From positions 20,460,001 through 20,524,000 of the forward strand of contig JBHGNT010000005.1 of NCBI GenBank assembly GCA_043228905.1: a DNA stretch of 64,000 nt. The letters run 5' to 3'. Positions 61,601 to 64,000 of the stretch are shown in pieces. The DNA is from Azolla caroliniana (Eukaryota; Plantae; Polypodiophyta). Every line of letters begins with the position of its first letter. Positions within the stretch are counted from its first letter, which is position 1. The notes beneath the pieces were generated by a model. That model was not told the DNA's origin, made no database searches, and was given only the letters and a program-made list of their open reading frames with translations. Both the position numbers and the translations under genes were made by a program.

Positions 61601-64000
61601 GTATGCCCAAGTAAAGAGAGAGCTATGGGGAATAGTATCCGCAGTTAAAACCTATCGTGACTACCTTATTGGAACAGAGGTCATAATCGAGACTGATTGT
61701 CTACTTATTCTTGGAATGATATCCGGTTGTGCTACACCAGATATTGCTATGCTGCGATGGATTGCCTATATCAAGTCCCTCAACCCCGAGATTCGACATA
61801 TAAATGGGAAGCATAATGTGGTGGCCGATATGTTATCAAGGGCAAGGTATGAGGGTGAAGAAGATTTGCACTCCGATGAAGAAGATGTTGGCCTTAACTT
61901 CTTTACGGTTTCTTGTGCTCGGGTGCTTTCCATGTTTAAAGTAGAAGATTATGAGGGTGAATTCATCGAAATTGGCAAGTACTTAAGCTCTCTTACAAAG
62001 GATGAATCATGGTCAAAGGAAGACTTCCACCGAATTAGGAAGAAGGCCTACAAGTTCTTCCTCAAAGAAGGACATCTATGGAAGTTTCCAAAGAAGAAGA
62101 ATGGAACTCCACTTCGAGTGGTGTGCAAGAAACAAGATCAACAAACACTAATTGCTTAATTTCATGATAGTGTGTGGGCAGGTCATTGAGGTATATGGGC
62201 AACATTTGCAAAGCTCAAGGAGAAGTATTGGTGGCTGGGTGTTTACAAAGATGTAGCAAGCTATGTTGAAACATGTGAGCAATGCCAATTATACTCGAAT
62301 ATTCAACATAGGGATGAACTTCATCCGACATATCCATTATCAATGCACTATAAGTGGTTGGTAGAGATAGTGGTTATGCCGATGGGATTGGGGGAAATGA
62401 AGTATCTCGTGCTAGCAAGAGAGGATCTCACCAACCAAGTAGAAGGATGAGCGTTAAGGAATAAAACAACTTCGGCAGTTTGTAAGTTTCTCCTTGAAGA
62501 TGTTATTTGTCGATACAGATGTGTTGGCAAAATAGTAGCTAATAGGAGAGAATTAGATGCAAATGAAGCTAAAGAATTCTTTTCAAGAATAGGCGTCAAA
62601 CTATCGCTCACCATGGCATACAACCCGGACGCAAATGGGAAGGTGGAACGAGGACATAGTCTGATTGTAAAAGCTCTAGCAAAGGCTTGCGACGGCAAGA
62701 TGGGGAACTGGCCACGATTACTACCTTATGCATTGTGGGATGATAGAACTACACATAGCACGACTACAAGATATATGTCAGCCGAACTCATATTAGGGCA
62801 AAAACCAATCATGTCTATCGAGCAAAGTGTTGCTTCGTGGATATCTTTGCCATGGCAAGAGGAAATGAGTCGGGAAGACTTGCTAGCCACGAGGATTCAA
62901 CAACTAGAACGAAGGCCCGAAGATGTCGGGTTGGCAATAGAACGGTTGCGCCAAGCCCGATTGAAGAACAAGGAGAATTTTGATAGAAAGCATCGTCTTC
63001 GACAAAGAAAAATTGAAGAAGGAGATTGGGTTCTTGTCTATGATAGTAGTCTCGATAATCAATATAACACTGCTCGAAAGTTCGCAAATCGATGGTTTGG
63101 CTCGTATATGGTCAAGAAAATAGAAATCAATGCAACCTATTTTTTAGCGGAGTTAGATGGAACTCGACTTGCTTTGCCAATTGCAAGAAAAAGAATCAAG
63201 ATCTTTAAGAGAAGAGAGGCCCCAAATCTTGAGATCGAAGCTCCTGATGATATAGCCTCGAACATCGAGGTTGAAAAAGAGTAATTAAAAGAGGAACCTC
63301 ACCACAATTGGCACATATCGATGGATGTGCAAGTTTGGTGGGGGTGAATGTCGTGTGGTTTTTCACACACGATATGAAAAATAGTAAAACAATTATTTAA
63401 GATTAACTTAATGTATTCATATAGAAAGATAGATGTCTTCAAGAGCTTCATAGCGTATTTTACTACGCATGAAACGGATAAACAAGTATCAAGTTACGTG
63501 AGTGTGAAGTTTGAAGAAAAAAAAAAAAGACAAAATTGTGAGATATCCCACATAGATAGGACAACATTGGAACCCAGGATATATAAAGGAAACCAAAACA
63601 TATTCATTATATCAATGTGTGGGGCATAGAATGTTCAAGGTGACTTGGGCTACATTGTGTGGTGTGCATGTTTTGGATGTATGCGTGTGTCCACAATCGT
63701 GTGGACGCTTTGGGTGTACGTGTGTGCATGGATGCGTGGACATTTTTGGATGTATGCGTGTGTGCATGTTTTTGGACGTACACGTGTGTGCAAGTTTCGG
63801 GTGTACGCGTGCACGGCCTTGTGGGACGTGTGTTGCGGACGAGCGTGCGGATGCATACACGGTGCGGTCGGGATGCGCATGTGCAGATGTGCATACACGG
63901 CATGTTGGGACATGCGTGTGTGGATGCATACATGGTGTGGTCGGAATGTGCGTGTGCATGCATGCGTACACTGCGCGGTCGGGACTTTTGCGCACGGACG
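55635..64000 (+). mobile_element. Ty3/gypsy (Gypsy-B): 5' LTR 55635-56567, PBS 56576-56593, degenerate gag-pro-pol 56625-63284, 3' LTR from 63349 past the window end
   Basis: TGTC(A/G)TGTGGTTTTTCACACACG repeats, PBS TGGTGAACCCGACGCGAA, and PPT-like GGTGGGGGTGAA. Protein motifs are homologous to Gypsy-A with many stops. Confidence 0.93.
58168..59296 (-). mobile_element. Solo LTR (1129 bp) of a related gypsy family, inverted inside Gypsy-B gag
   Basis: TGTCGTGAAGA...TCTTCACGACA termini. The left end resembles the reverse complement of the Gypsy-B LTR 3' end. TSD GCGG/ACGG, and removal restores IKRKRQ. Confidence 0.9.

Overview
Eukaryotic land-plant DNA, probably a fern or other seed-free plant (inferred from the transposon lineages), dominated by deeply nested transposons around one intact 8-exon host gene (31485-35767, an uncharacterised plant alpha-1,6-fucosyltransferase/GT23-like protein). 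It contains two full-length Ty1/copia elements (803-6287, 39962-53014) and several copia fragments, plus five members of a Ty3/gypsy lineage with 4-bp TSDs (tRNA-Trp PBS where visible). There are also Tcn1-like chromovirus fragments, two hAT-like non-autonomous DNA elements, LINE debris and tandem duplications. The most unusual signals are: (1) three LTR elements where the polypurine tract is replaced by a structured copy of a tRNA-Arg 3' half ending in CCA, a candidate dual-tRNA priming mechanism; (2) antisense tRNA-like A/B-box cassettes in the U3 of five different LTRs; (3) a spliced relic of a beta-class DNA amino-methyltransferase; (4) CpG-centred target sites of the Trp-primed gypsy lineage; (5) a Tf1-type self-priming PBS; and (6) a covarying -1 frameshift pseudoknot. 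Coordinates were counted by eye, and tRNA identities and family motifs are from memory, so both need computational confirmation.
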